Assembly: GCF_006345805.1 (NCBI RefSeq)
Contig: NC_043007.1
Coordinates: forward strand, 4,154,001 to 4,218,000
Source: Octopus sinensis
Taxonomy: Eukaryota
Direction: 5' to 3'
Length of the DNA: 64,000 nucleotides
Made by a program: the position numbers and the translations under genes. Shown one piece after another: positions 41,509 to 54,079 of the stretch. Under the pieces are notes generated by a model. That model saw nothing but the letters and a program-made list of their open reading frames with translations. It had not been told where the DNA came from and ran no database searches. Positions within the stretch are counted from its first letter, which is position 1. Every line of letters begins with the position of its first letter.

Positions 41509-42561
41509 GCATCACAAAATACACCAGATATAAATAAAAAACCCATTTTGTGGTGCTATGGATTTTGCAATGAAGTGAAAATAGCACAGCAACAATTAGG
41601 TTTTGAATGCAGGCAATATGCACAAGATAGATTGTTAGTAAAAACAAAATTAAGACTGTTGAATGAATTTAAACTTTTCTTGAAAATGTTGATATTTTTT
41701 TAACTCAAACCAATTCAAAAATAATTTTAACCTGTGCTTTTGAATAATACAAAGAATGGCAAGCAGATATGTTGAGTTCTCTAACCCAAATGAGCCAGTA
41801 ATTTTCCATGTTTATTACTGTTAATTATATCTTGTTTTAATTATTGTATTTTATTATACCTTTTTTTTGTTATTTATGCCCAAATATTTGTTCCTTAGAA
41901 TTTTTTATTTGCCTCATAAGGTATTGCATAATGTATTCCATCCCTTCTCTTGACTTTGTATAACTTAACCATCTCACATTATCTTTGTAAAACCCCTTGT
42001 TAATGTCCCTTTGTATTTTTATCTTTTAAGTCCCTGTGGCTAATAAAGATAAGATTAATATTGTTGTGGTTGTTGTTGTTGAGTTTGGAGGTGAATGGAC
42101 ATGTCAACACACAACACTGAGGAATATTCAACATTTCTACATTTTTACATGACGAAAAATAAATTGTTTTTTTTTCTCTTTATTTTTTTACTGAAAGAAC
42201 TCTTTGAAATGGTTCAGTGTCAATCTCATTTACCTTGCTGTGGAAAACAAAGGCGTTTGTCCATGGACATTTTATACTTCATGTTATGCAAGCATTTGTT
42301 AACTAGTTATTCCAGATGGTTCCTCCTTCTAAAGCTGTGGTGGGAGACCACAACAGCAGTGGTGCTGATCATGGCTGCAAGAACAAAAAAAATGGTAAAA
42401 ACATTAACATAGAATTTTAGAAAGACAAAAAACAAAAGGAAAATGTAAATGCCATTTATACTGTCACATCTGCAAAAGATGAACAAAGAAAATAATTAAA
42501 AAGAGATATTTGTAGATGAACATACACAGGACAAGATTTTAATAATAACTTTGCTAGCATA

Positions 42562-42966
42562 GGTACAGGCATGGCTGTGTGGTAAGAAGATTGCTCCCCA
42601 ACCACATGGTTTTGGGTTCAGTCCCACTGCGTGGCACCTCGGGCAAGTATCTTCTACTATAGCCTCAGGCTGACCAAAGCCATGTGAGTGGATTTGGTAG
42701 GTGGAAACTGAAAGAAACCCGTCTTATATGTATATATATATATGTATATATGTTTGTGTGTCTTTGTGTCTGTTTGTCCCACCACCATCGTTTGACAACT
42801 GATGTTAGTGTGTTTGCGTCCCTGTAACTTAGCCGTTCGGCAAGAAAGACTGATAGAATAAATACCAGGCTTACAAAGAATAAGTCCTGGGTTTGATTTG
42901 TCCGACTAAAGGCTGTGCTCCAGCATGACCGCAGTCAAACGACTGAAATAAATAAAAGAATAAAAG
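42562..42966 (+). mobile_element. Full-length SINE family A
   Basis: Colinear with 6914-7322. Confidence 0.85.
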
Positions 42967-43236
42967 TATGACCTAGCTCAGAGAATTGTTGGCCATAAGA
43001 TGGCTTCTGGAAAAAATTAATAAAGAAGAGATAGATTTTGATGGACAGTGCTTTCTTCTTGCTCAAGGAATACATTCAAGAATGGGCAAGCAGAAACATA
43101 ACATACATTTGTCTTGCTAAAAATAATCCCACAAAAGAAAAGTTAGCCTTGGTTAATGTGTAGAGTGTTCTGCTTTCTATCAACCTTGTTGGGGAACATA
43201 AAGTGGAAAACTGAAGCTGAAGTAAGGTAACAGGCC

Positions 43237-43648
43237 TTACTCTTACTCTTTTATTGTTTCAGTCATTTGACTGCGGCCATGCTGGAGCACCGCCTTTAGT
43301 CGAGCAAATCGACCCCGGGACTTATTCTTTGTAAGCCCAGTACTTATTCTATCGGTCTCTTTTGCCGAACCGCTAAGTGACGGGGACGTAAACACACCAG
43401 CATCGGTTGTCAAGCAATGCTAGAGGGACAAACACAGACACACAAACATATACACACACATACATATATATATATATACATATATACGACAGGCTTCTTT
43501 CAGTTTCCGTCTACCAAATCCCCTCACAAGGCTTTGGTCGGCCCGGGGCTATAGCAGAAGACACTTGCCCAAGGTGCCACGCAGTGGGACTGAACCGGAA
43601 CCATGTGGTTGGTAGGCAAGCTATTTACCACACAGCCACTCCTGCGCC
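43237..43648 (-). mobile_element. Full-length, young SINE family A
   Basis: Reverse complement of family A; CpGs largely retained. Confidence 0.9.
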
Positions 43649-43650
43649 TA

Positions 43651-43682
<32 letters not shown>

Positions 43683-44105
43683 GGTAAAATGAAAGGAAAG
43701 GTCTGTAGGAGTTGTGTGAGAGCTGCAATGCTGTATGGGAGTGAGACATGGTGTTTGAGGGAGTGAGAGATGGCAATTTTGAGAAGAACTGAGAGAGCAA
43801 TGGTGATGCTGGGATTGGAGGAATTGGTGGAATGGCTGGCGAGGGTGAATGGAGTTTGGTGGTATGGGCATGTGTTGAGGAGGGATGAGGAGCATGTTCT
43901 GAAGAGGGTGCTACGGTTTGAGGTGAATGGATGGCAAAAGCGAGGTAGACTGAGGAAAGTGTGGAAGGGAGAGGTGGAGGAGGAGATTGGGAGGGTTGGC
44001 TTGAAAAGGGAGGATGCCTAAAACCGGGCAAGATGGTGAGATGGTTGCTATGACACTGAGGTAGATCCGGCTACCTCCATTAATGGAGACAAAACCTGGA
44101 TTCAA
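43683..44105 (+). mobile_element. RTE LINE 3' end
   Basis: KGKVCRSCVRAAMLYGSETW...LRRTERAM...WYGHVLRRDEEHVLKRVLRFEVNG..KRGR. Confidence 0.85.
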
Positions 44106-44597
44106 AATGATGAATGGATGGATGACCTGGCAGAATCGTTTGTGCATTGGACAAAATGCATAGCAGTATTTCTTCTGCTCTCTACATTCTGAGTTCAAAT
44201 CTTAATGAGGTCAACTTTGCTTTTCATTCTTTTGTGGTTGATAAAATAACTTATCAGCCAAAGAGTGGAGGTGATGCAATTGGTTAATCTTCTTCCCCTA
44301 AAAGTGAAGGCCATCTTCCAAAACTAGAAAGAATTATTATTATTATTAACCCACCCCTCTAAAATTAGTGGCCGTGTTCCAAAATTTGAAACCATTCTTA
44401 TTAGGTTACTGAGGGGGAGTGGTAAGCAGTGATGAGTGAAATTGCAATGTTATTATTATCAGTCCAAATATGCTTGATGCATATTCAAACTGGGGAACAA
44501 ACTACTCACTGTGTTGTTTTGTCATGGAGAATACATCTCGCTTGTTGACAAATGGTGTGAATGCACTTAGATCTGCCTGCAATGCCATCTGCCTAGA

Positions 44598-44645
44598 CTG
44601 TGAAATACTAGCATTTCGGAGTAGTTATCTTCTCATCGGTCACAG
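44598..44645 (-). ncRNA. Mirror hammerhead copy in left arm
   Basis: Minus: CTGTGA-CCGATGA-GAAG(ataacta)CTCC-GAAA-TGCTAGTA-TT^TCACAG; stem II mismatch, H17=U. Confidence 0.5.
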
Positions 44646-44684
44646 ACACTAAGTAGATGGCAGGCAGCACTACCTGCCTCGTGT

Positions 44685-44732
44685 CTGTGACCGATGAGGA
44701 GACAGCTACTCCGAAATGTTAACATCTCTCAG
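44685..44732 (+). ncRNA. Minimal type I hammerhead ribozyme, CCGAUGA core variant
   Basis: CTGTGA-CCGATGA-GGAG(acagcta)CTCC-GAAA-TGTTAACA-TC^TCTCAG; stem III is the palindrome ATGTTAACAT; AUC triplet; one stem I mismatch. Confidence 0.6.
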
Positions 44733-45425
44733 TCTAGGTAGACGGTGCTACAAGCTGATCTAGGTGTATACACACCATTTGTTAACAAACAGGATATATT
44801 CTATATGACAAAACACAGTGAGTTGCTTGTTCTCCAGTTTGAACATGCATCAGGCATATTTGGACTGAAACATTGCAATTCTTATTAGGATGGTTTATTG
44901 GTAAAATTATTTGAATGTTGGTCGAAATGCTTTGTAGTATTTAGTTATGGCCCCTTATGTTCAGAGTTCATATCTTACTGAAGATCAACCTTACCCATTT
45001 CTCCTTCCAGAGTTTATCAAATAGATACCAGTCGAGTACTCAGGTTGATTTAATTGAATATACTCCTCTCTCAAATATCTTTCAATATTTAGCTTCAACT
45101 CTTTATCAGGAATAATAATAATTATTATAATAATTGGTACAAAAGAAAAGAAAAGGAATTTGTTTCTGTCTCTGATGATTGGCTCATCAAAAGCCTGTAA
45201 GTTCCTGAATCTGACGATAGCATTGTGAACTTCTTTAAAACAGAAATGAAAAAGTATCAAGTAATTCTTATCTTCTATATTATATTATGCTAGTTTCACC
45301 AAAATATTAGCAATTGATGTTATTCACGAGGAAAGTGAAAATGAAAAAAAAAAACTCATCAAATACACTTGAAAAAAATTTAAATCAAAATCAAAAAATC
45401 TTATCCAAAGCAAGTTCTTTAAACC

Positions 45426-45600
45426 CTGATGAAGGGACTTTTAAGTCACAAAATATGAGACACATATAAGACCAACAGTAACAACAATATAAAAACAAAA
45501 ATCAAAACAAAAGATTACCAGGTAACTTACTTTTAATTTTCGTTACCTCATCTTCCAGTCCATTTTGCATTGCTTAGCCTTCTATCTCTTTCAGCATCAT
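45426..45600 (+). ncRNA. Degenerate HHR followed by the 41-kb repeat family
   Basis: CTGATGA-A-GGGAC(ttttaa)GTCAC-AAAA then gacacatataagacc...; core G12 and one stem II base mutated. Confidence 0.4.
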
Positions 45601-46137
45601 TCACCAGGATATTTCAAGATGGTTGCTCTTCCAGTTTTCACTTTTTACCATTTGTGTTGCCTTTGAGTTGATTAATTAAAAACGCCAGTTTAGAGCACAA
45701 CATGGAGAGAGAGGACACGTATCGTTATGAATGATTTAAAATTGCATGTAGCAGATTGTGTTCAGCTTTTGAAAGTCTCTTTGGTATTGTCGGACGGTTT
45801 AATGAAGACGGCAGCATAGCCTTTGAATATGACAAATGCAGAAAGTTACCAATGTAGTGAGGTAGATTAATAAGTGTGAAGATTTCTAACACCATGTAGG
45901 GGAAATAATACAGAAGCTGATTGATTCTGTATCCTGTAGGTATTTGAACGTCGATCAAAGATTGTAAAACTGTATACAGGTGTGTGTGTGTGTGTAAAGT
46001 TATGAGAATAAGAATACATATTTGGATAAAACAAATAAAAAAATTCAAAAAACTCATTTACCAGGTGAGAAGACCAGTACTAAGAATAATAGTGTGGTTT
46101 TGTAATATTGAAGTGGAATGCAGGTGGTTTAAAACTA

Positions 46138-46414
46138 CAGTGTGTTCAAAAAGTCTCTCCACAGTGAATTTTTTCATCCTGACTCTCCAAAAGTCAGACT
46201 CTCCAAAAGTCAGACTCTCCAAGATGTATTTCAGAACATGTGTAGAAGAGTCAACTTGTGTTTTGAAAATGAAGGACGACACTTTTCAACACCTCTTATA
46301 AAGTATTTTAAACTCTTGTAAAGTCTAATATATTCTTTTGTAGTCTTGTACCATCTTATAAATATTTATTTTGCAATAAAACACTTACTGTGGAGAGACT
46401 TTTTGAACAACCTG
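46138..46414. mobile_element. Tc1/mariner-type MITE
   Basis: TIRs cagtgtgttcaaaaagtctctccacagt / actgtggagagactttttgaacaacctg; TA on left flank; internal 16-bp tandem at 46181-46222. Confidence 0.75.
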
Positions 46415-46693
46415 TGTAACAGCAACACTAGAAATCTTCTAAAAATGTCTTACATTATGCAACAAATCAGGGAATGAATTTTACTTCACATTCCAAGAAG
46501 AGAAGATGGTGAGGAACAATGAAGTATCAAGAATGGTTTAAAAAAAAAAGCAATTATTAATCTTAGCCATTATCTTTTTTACCTTATTAACTTTTGTTGA
46601 ATTGGAGAGCGAAAATGGGCAAAAATCACTCATTAGTGCAGCTACAAAATATTCTCAACAAATAAGATATAATTTCAAATGGCTAAGATCCAA

Positions 46694-47072
46694 AGGAGTG
46701 GCTGTGTGGTAAGTAGCTTGATTACCAACCACATGGTCCCAGGTTCAGTCTCACTGTATGACACCTTGGGCAAGTGCCTTCTACTATTGCCTCGGGCTGA
46801 CCAAAGCCTTTGGTAGATGGAAACTGAAAGAAGCACGTTGTATATATGTATGTGTGTATATGTTTGTGCATCTATGTTTGTCCCCTCAACACTGCTTGAC
46901 AACCGATGTTGGTGTGTTAACATCCCCGTAACTTAGCAGTTTAGCAAAAAAGACCAATAGAATAAGTACTAGGCTTACAAAGTATAAATCCTGGAGTCGA
47001 TTTGCTCAACTAAAGGCGGTGCTCCAGCATGGCTGCAGTCAAAATGACTCAAACAAGTAAAAGAAGAAAAGA
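46694..47072 (+). mobile_element. SINE family A with small internal deletion
   Basis: Colinear with other copies. Confidence 0.85.
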
Positions 47073-48169
47073 ATACAAACAGCACACCAATCAATCATGA
47101 TAGAAAACTTAAAACATTATTAACCCTCCATGGTTAATGCCTTTGTGATGCCCACCAAATATCTGTTTCTAAAAAAAATCTATTTCTGGTCTGGATTAAA
47201 ATATTTAGCTCAAACAGGGCAGCAGATTAGTTACCATAATCGTGGAGTACACTCAGAAGAACACCCATCGTTTCTGTTGCATGTATTACAATGTTGCCTC
47301 TGTTGATTGTTCGAAACATGACAACATTTTGTGTCACAACATCCAAAATTAGTTTTCATTAAAATTTCTGTTATACTTTCATGAACTTGTCTATCTCAGG
47401 AAATAGCAATATGGAAGCCAGATGGAATTTTAGCATGCAAGTGTATCACTGGCAGTGAAGAACAAAAATCTGATATTATATTTGACAAAAATAACAATAA
47501 TGTGTTAATAATTGAAACAACAATGGGATGAGTACAATGTTGTGTAGAAGTTGAGGGGAAAAATTGGCAATTATGCTGACATAGCCATTGTGTTGAAAAC
47601 ATCATGGTATGTAAAAAATGTATCTGTTACCTCATCTATAATTGGTGTAAACGGAATGATATACAATTGTTTTTGAAAAGACATTGACAGGTTACTATGA
47701 GTATTTGGCAAAGGCAAGTTCCAGAAAATTACAATATTTGGCTATATAAATCTTTAACATTCTCTGGAAATATTTGTTGATTTAGATGTTTCTATACATG
47801 TTTATAATAATTTAGGGGCACAGGCATGGCTGTGTGTTTAAGAAGTTTGCTTCATAGTCACATGGCTTAGAGTTCAAACTCACTCTGTGGCATCTTAGGG
47901 AAGTGTCTTCTTCCATATCTTCTCATTGTCCAAAGCTTTTTGAGTCAACAGAAACTGTGCAGAAGACAGTTGGAGGGAGCATTCTTATTTTGGGGCAATA
48001 GACTTAAGCTGTCATCCACTTTGACCATTGGGTACTTTCAGTCAAGTTCACTCTATCATAAGCTTTCTTTGGTTGTCTTTGGTCGTCTTGTAGTCGAGGG
48101 CTCTTTGTTGACACCCGACACCACTGGGAGGTGGCCTTTGAAGTTGCTAGAAATGTAGATCTCCAGGTC

Positions 48170-48605
48170 CAAAGTCTTGAACGCAGCCATCCACCGGGCA
48201 CTTAAACCACCTCCCTTCAAACACGAAAGAGTCAAGAGGATCTGCGGCGACCATGGAGAGAAAGTGAGCAGAGCCGCTGATTCGTCTCTAACCAGGCAGC
48301 AGCAGGTAACACTCAACCGACTTAGAAGTGATCATCACCCGGACCTCAAGTACTGGCTCTACAAGATCGACCGAGCCATAGACAGAACCTGCAGAAAGTG
48401 CTGAGTGGGGGAAGAGATGGCGGAGCATGTCATCTATGACTGTCCCCAGATCCATCGCCTGCTGCAAATGTCCCCCCCCCACGCTTTGGCCAGTGACCCT
48501 CTCCTTGTCCTTCGGATCTGGGAAAAATGGAATTCCGCTCCCAACCCACAGAACGGACACAGTGAAATCACCCTTACCCATCTTGTTACTTAACAACAAC
48601 AACAA
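48170..48605 (+). mobile_element. Young I-group (I/Nimb/Ingi-like) LINE 3' end
   Basis: LTRQQQVTLNRLRSDHH...CRKC*VGEEMAEHVIYDCP (CCHC with one stop); (AAC)n tail; CpG-rich. Confidence 0.7.
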
Positions 48606-50422
48606 TAAGCTTTCTGGTCAGATCCCTGTTCCTCAGATAATTTCCTCCATTCCGATCCCTCATTTTGAAGGCTTTGAAAAGGGTCATAATCACTGCCCTT
48701 CTTCCTATCTTATAAACACTGGTAAAGAGATCCACAGCAGGATTTTAACTTGAGTGTAACAGGTGTATTACAGGTGTTATTTATCACAGTTTTCAAATAA
48801 TAATGAGGCTGATGATACTGATAACAGCAACAATGGTGACAACAACAGTAATTTCACATAGAGGAGCAAAACCACAAATTACATGAAATATAGAGTATGA
48901 CCAATATATATTGACCTGAGTAAGAAGAAAAGACAAAACTACTTGTGAGGGATTTGAACTCAGGATGTCCAACTTACACCAGCATAGAAAATGGACATTA
49001 AATGATGATGATGATGATGGTGATGGTGATGATGATGGTGGTGATCATGATGATGATGATGATGATTGTGGGGAGACTTTGAGTTAAAATATCAGTAGCT
49101 GTCAATCTCATGCTATTATTTCTTCCAATCCATCACAAATAAAAATAGTCAAAACACAAAGGATCTGAGTTAATTATTATTTTTCTGTGGATTCTTGTAT
49201 CCTGTCCTTTGTATCCTTCATTTTTTAGCTTTCATATTTATTTTTTAAATCTTTTGTTTTGTTTTGTTTATGTTACAGGAAAACACTAGTGAAACAATTT
49301 TAATCACTACATACTTTTGATATGTTGGTATCAGTCTGAACTTAATATTTGCACAATTTCAATGTTGTGACTAGTTTATTCTTCAGTTTTCCTTCTCACA
49401 TCGCTGCTTCTTTTATAAATCAAACTCTTTTATTAGAAGACAACATCTTTAAAAGAAGAAACCATAAATAGAAGAAGTTTTTATTCAAAGTGAAGGTGGA
49501 TGTAATAATTGTGATTATGATGATGATGATGACAAAATATTTGTTGCGTTAGTATGGGTAATCTGTTAACAGTTTGAATGGATTAGTAGAAATGGTAATA
49601 TCGCAGATGAAAGTGTTGCGGTGGGCATATTGTTGGTAGTTTGGGATTGTGATAGCATCACTTGCAGTTATGATATTTTGAAGACTGGCACCTCAAGTCA
49701 TAGTTTCAGCTGAAATATATATAGCAGTTTAGATTTGAAAGTAACAGAGAGCTGTAAAGGAGATTTACAAAAAATATATTTCTTCTTGATAAAAACAACA
49801 AAATCAAATGAAATTTAGAAAATATTCGCCAATAATCCATCGCTATTTTCCAGTCAAGCAGGAGTTGAGGGAGGAAAAAAAAAATTGTGCTGTGAGAAGT
49901 TTACTTGGTGCAAGGGAGGTAATTAAGAGAGCATGTGCATCTCGGTTTTGTTTAGGTTAAGTTTGGTATTGAAAACTTATTGTAATAATTTCGATCCCTT
50001 TTCCTTTTCATATCCCTCTCATACCTTACTCAGTTTTCGTTTTATTACCTGTCGTCTTTTTTTTCACATTTATTAAGGACAGAAAAGTCATATCATTCAA
50101 GTGAAACTTATTTCCATCCAGTTTGAAATTAGCAAATGTTTACTCCTCCCACAAAACAAGGGGCCATTCAGCTCATACTTAACAACATGAGTTTCTGTTA
50201 CGCTAACCATACAAAACACTTGCATTCGCCCGCCCACTGGGCCACAGGATCTTAGCCTACAACATTTGTATACAGGGTTTAAACAGCTGAATTGTTATTC
50301 TCATTTTATTTAGCATAAAAACAGTTTATGAATCTTATGGTAGCTTCCATCTTCCAGAGTGTTGCTTTATCAATTGAATTAATGTATATGCTAAACACCA
50401 GCCGGCACTTTGTGTAACCCTT

Positions 50423-50460
<38 letters not shown>

Positions 50461-52139
50461 TAAAGATTATGCATGTGCGTATATACATATGTGTGTATAC
50501 GTATGCATATATGTGTATGTGTAATTATATGTGTGAATGAGCGCATATGCATGTATGTGTGTGTGCATGCTCATTGCATACACCCACGCACCTCCCAACA
50601 CCACCACACCTCATCATTTTCTCCATCATTTTCGCATCTGTTTTTCGATGCTTTCACGGGTCGGTAGAGACTTCACTGAAACAGTTTTGTTTCCCTGTGG
50701 CTGAATGCCTTTCCTGACACCAACCCTACCAATACTGATGCTCCAGTCAAGGTAATAATTCTACCAGGCTATCAATTAATAAACAGCCTGGACTTGCTTT
50801 CAGAGAGGACTGCAAACGAATGACACTTTACATGAATAGTAACATTTTTGTTTGCAATCAGCACATGCCACGACAAGGGGAATATACACTCAGCCACACA
50901 CACACATAGTATATATATGTATGGCAGGCTTCTTCTAGTTTCCTTCTGCTAAATTTCACTCACAAGGTATTGGTCAACTTCCAGAGTAGTAGAAATCACC
51001 AGTGGGACCAAACTCTTGTGCAAAGAAGAAGTTATGGTTATGTTTATTAATATACATAAATGCATATGCATATGGATATTAATATGTATGTATAATGTGT
51101 GTGTGTGTGCGCGTGTGTGTATGTGTGTGTTCATTTTCTGTTTTACCATACCAGCATGGGTTAGACGTTTATATGATAGAGGCATTGTTTTACAGATGGA
51201 TGCCCTTTTAGCACTAATCCTTACATATATATACATATGTGCATGAGTACATAAATGTGTACACACACCCACACATGCATATACACCCACACACAAATTT
51301 TTATTCCCCACCTTATGCACTCCTCTATGAATATACAGGTGATTGAAAAATATTTTTAGCATTAATATAAACTAGTTAACAACTGAGATTAATTAGGCTT
51401 CTTAATGGATGTTTCTCCATCTCCATTATGCCTCTCACCTCCTCACCACAGCTTTCATCCATTTCTCCACTGCGTTCATTAAACCCCACCAACCCTACTC
51501 ATTTGTTGACCCTCTTTGCTCAGAGATTTCGGGAAAGCTTGCCTATTATCCTGACATTCATACTGCCAGGTACCCAGATCACTCCAGGCAGTTGAACAGG
51601 ATTACCACTAGTATTTGACATTTTTAGGACAGTGTATGTTCGCTGATCTTTTGATAATGACATCTAATTACAACAGAGAAAGAAATAATTTAAATATTTT
51701 GATATTTCTATGCAGCCAAAACTACAAGAACTTCCTGTTCAGTCTAAAGTGAATATCATGAAATCTTAATAGTTCCAACTTGAATTCATCTTTATAAAAA
51801 TGTAATTTTTATTGTCTATTTTGAAGGCTTCAATGTAATTCTTATCTTATTTCAATCAAATTGAATGATAACTGGTATTCACTGTGATGTCTACTTCCTG
51901 TGTCCATCTTTAAATCAATTCATTTCTTTGTTCCTTCCATCTTTTAAAAACCACACTCATTAATTTTCATAGAGTTGTTGAATTTATTTTTCTGATTTCG
52001 TTGTTGATTTGGAAGAATTTTAGAATAAGCATTTCTAATTGTGACATTATTTTCTTTTCTTAAAACGCTCTTTACATTATCTGTTTTAAACATTTAGGAT
52101 TTTGAGTTATCTGCATTGATTTTAGTTTTTATCTTTTAG

Positions 52140-52227
52140 TTAATTTTGTTCATGTTTGTGGAAATTTGGGTGAGATTTCTAGCAAACTGAGTAACCACAC
52201 CGTGGACTCTTCTGTTGCAAATGATAG
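52140..52227 (+). CDS. Candidate internal exon of an unidentified gene
   Basis: ttttatcttttag| 88 nt open (xNFVHVCGNLGEISSKLSNHTVDSSVAND-R) |gtgagg; phase 1 to phase 2. Confidence 0.3.
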
Positions 52228-52514
52228 GTGAGGGTACTGCAATTTCTTGCTGAACAGAGCCTGTACAAATGACTTGTTTGTAGTGATCAAATGTATGTGC
52301 TGCACAATTAGCCCACACCTGCCATCAAACTGACATTACCTGTACAGGTGCACAGAGTACCACATGTCAAATGTCAAAGGGGAGATGAAGTGTTTTGCTC
52401 AAGAACACAATGCACCACCCAATCCTGGAATCGAAACCACAATCTCCTGATTGTGAGTGCAACACCCTAAACACTTTACTCCTTTATGAAATAACTGAAA
52501 TAATTCAATTAATC

Positions 52515-52860
52515 ATCATCATCATCGTTTAATGTCCGTTTTCCATGCTGGCATGGGTTAGACAGTTCAACTGGGGTCTGGGAAGCCAAGAGGCTGCACC
52601 AGGCCCCAATCTGATGTGGCAGTGTTTCTACAGCTGGCTGCCCTTCCTAATGCCAGCCACTCCAAGAGTGTACTAGGTGCTTTTTGTGTGCCACTGGCAT
52701 GGAAGCCAGTCAAAGCAGCACTGGCATCGACCACGTTTGGGTGGTACTTTTTATGTGCTACTGGCACGGGGGTCACAACTACAATTTCCATTTGATTTGA
52801 TATTGATATTGAAGTTGGTGTTGATGTACTGGACCCAATAGGTCTCCTCAAGCATGGCAT
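52515..52860 (-). mobile_element. RTE 3' tail copy
   Basis: Same family as 30893. Confidence 0.75.
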
Positions 52861-52959
52861 GTCACCCTACGATCCAACAATGCTTTTACATTAATAATTT
52901 TGAAGCAAATAAAGCACATTTTCGGCTAATGGTTTACCACTATTACTTACAGCAAAGAA

Positions 52960-53175
52960 GGCGGCGTGCTGGCAGAATCGTTAGCATGCTGGACGAAATG
53001 CTTAGCAGTATTTCGCCTATCACTACATTCTGAGTTCAAATTCTGCTGAGATCGACTTTGCTTTTCATCTTTTTGAGGTCAATAAATTAAGTACCAGTGA
53101 AACACTAGGGTTGATGTAATCGACTTATTCCCTCCTATAAAACTGTTGCCCTTGTGGCAAAATTAGAACCCATTA
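52960..53175 (+). mobile_element. SINE family B
   Basis: Colinear with 38260-38470. Confidence 0.75.
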
Positions 53176-53309
53176 TTTACAGCAAATCGAGTTATTTTCA
53201 TATGAGGAAACACAACACAATTCACCCAAAAAAACACTAACATCCCCACCCATAACTTTTTTTGCAAAACCTCTTTGGATTTTTGTTTTTTAGTTTGCTT
53301 CTATTTTAA

Positions 53310-53768
53310 CCCTTTAACACTCAAATTTCTCTCCCAAATGTATTGTGTATTTATTCACATTGTTTCAAATTAATCACTCATTATTTTTTATCCTCAACAT
53401 TTCAATGGTCATCATCATCATCATCATTGTTTAATGTCCGTTTTCCATGCTGGCATGGGTTGGACGGTTTGACTTGGGACTGGCAAACCAGGAGGCCGCA
53501 CCAGGCTCCAATCTGATCTGGCAATGTTTATATAGCTAGATGCCCTTTCTAATGCCAGCCACTCCGAGAGTGTAGTGGGTGTTTTTTACGTGCCACTGGC
53601 ATGGGAGCCAGTCAGGCGGCACTGGCATTGGCCACATCTGGATGGTGCTTATTTGTATATTTTTAGAATGACATTGTAGGGTAGGTGTGAGAGTTTGAAT
53701 CTGGTCAGTTTGGACATAAAACAGGCAAAATATTTGTGCTGGATTTGGCCAGATTAAAGGCTAAAGGG
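53310..53768. mobile_element. piggyBac-like non-autonomous element with a nested RTE tail (53405-53650)
   Basis: TTAA|CCCTTTA ... TAAAGGG|TTAG; (cat)n-type RTE tail inside. Confidence 0.65.
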
Positions 53769-54079
53769 TTAGACTCCCTATAGACATGCCCTGACTTACA
53801 ATCATTTGAAATACTATTATTTTGATGTTATTATTGTTATGATAAGAATGATATAATTTTTTAAAATATTCTAATATGTTCCAACACTGATGAGAATGTA
53901 TGATACAATATGATACCTTCCACACAGAGAAATGTTGCTGGCATTGCATCTTTTCTCATTCTTGTTTTGCTGCATAGTTTTGTGTTGTTTTTTCTGCTTT
54001 TGCCTTTCTGTTAATTTTTTTTGCTTAGGTTGTGCATTAACTCCAAATACTAACCCTATAAATGTGCTCAATGTGCATA

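Larger units (their letters stand above)
44439..44881. repeat. Fold-back (palindromic) element, arms about 210 bp
   Basis: Left arm aaattgcaatgtt...cagtccaaatatgc...cacagacac mirrors right arm gtgtctgtg...gcatatttggactg..aacattgcaatt. Confidence 0.85.

Noticed and set aside
48004-48201. KKAYDRV RT-like motif on minus strand
   Set aside because: Surrounding residues do not fit RT domain 3
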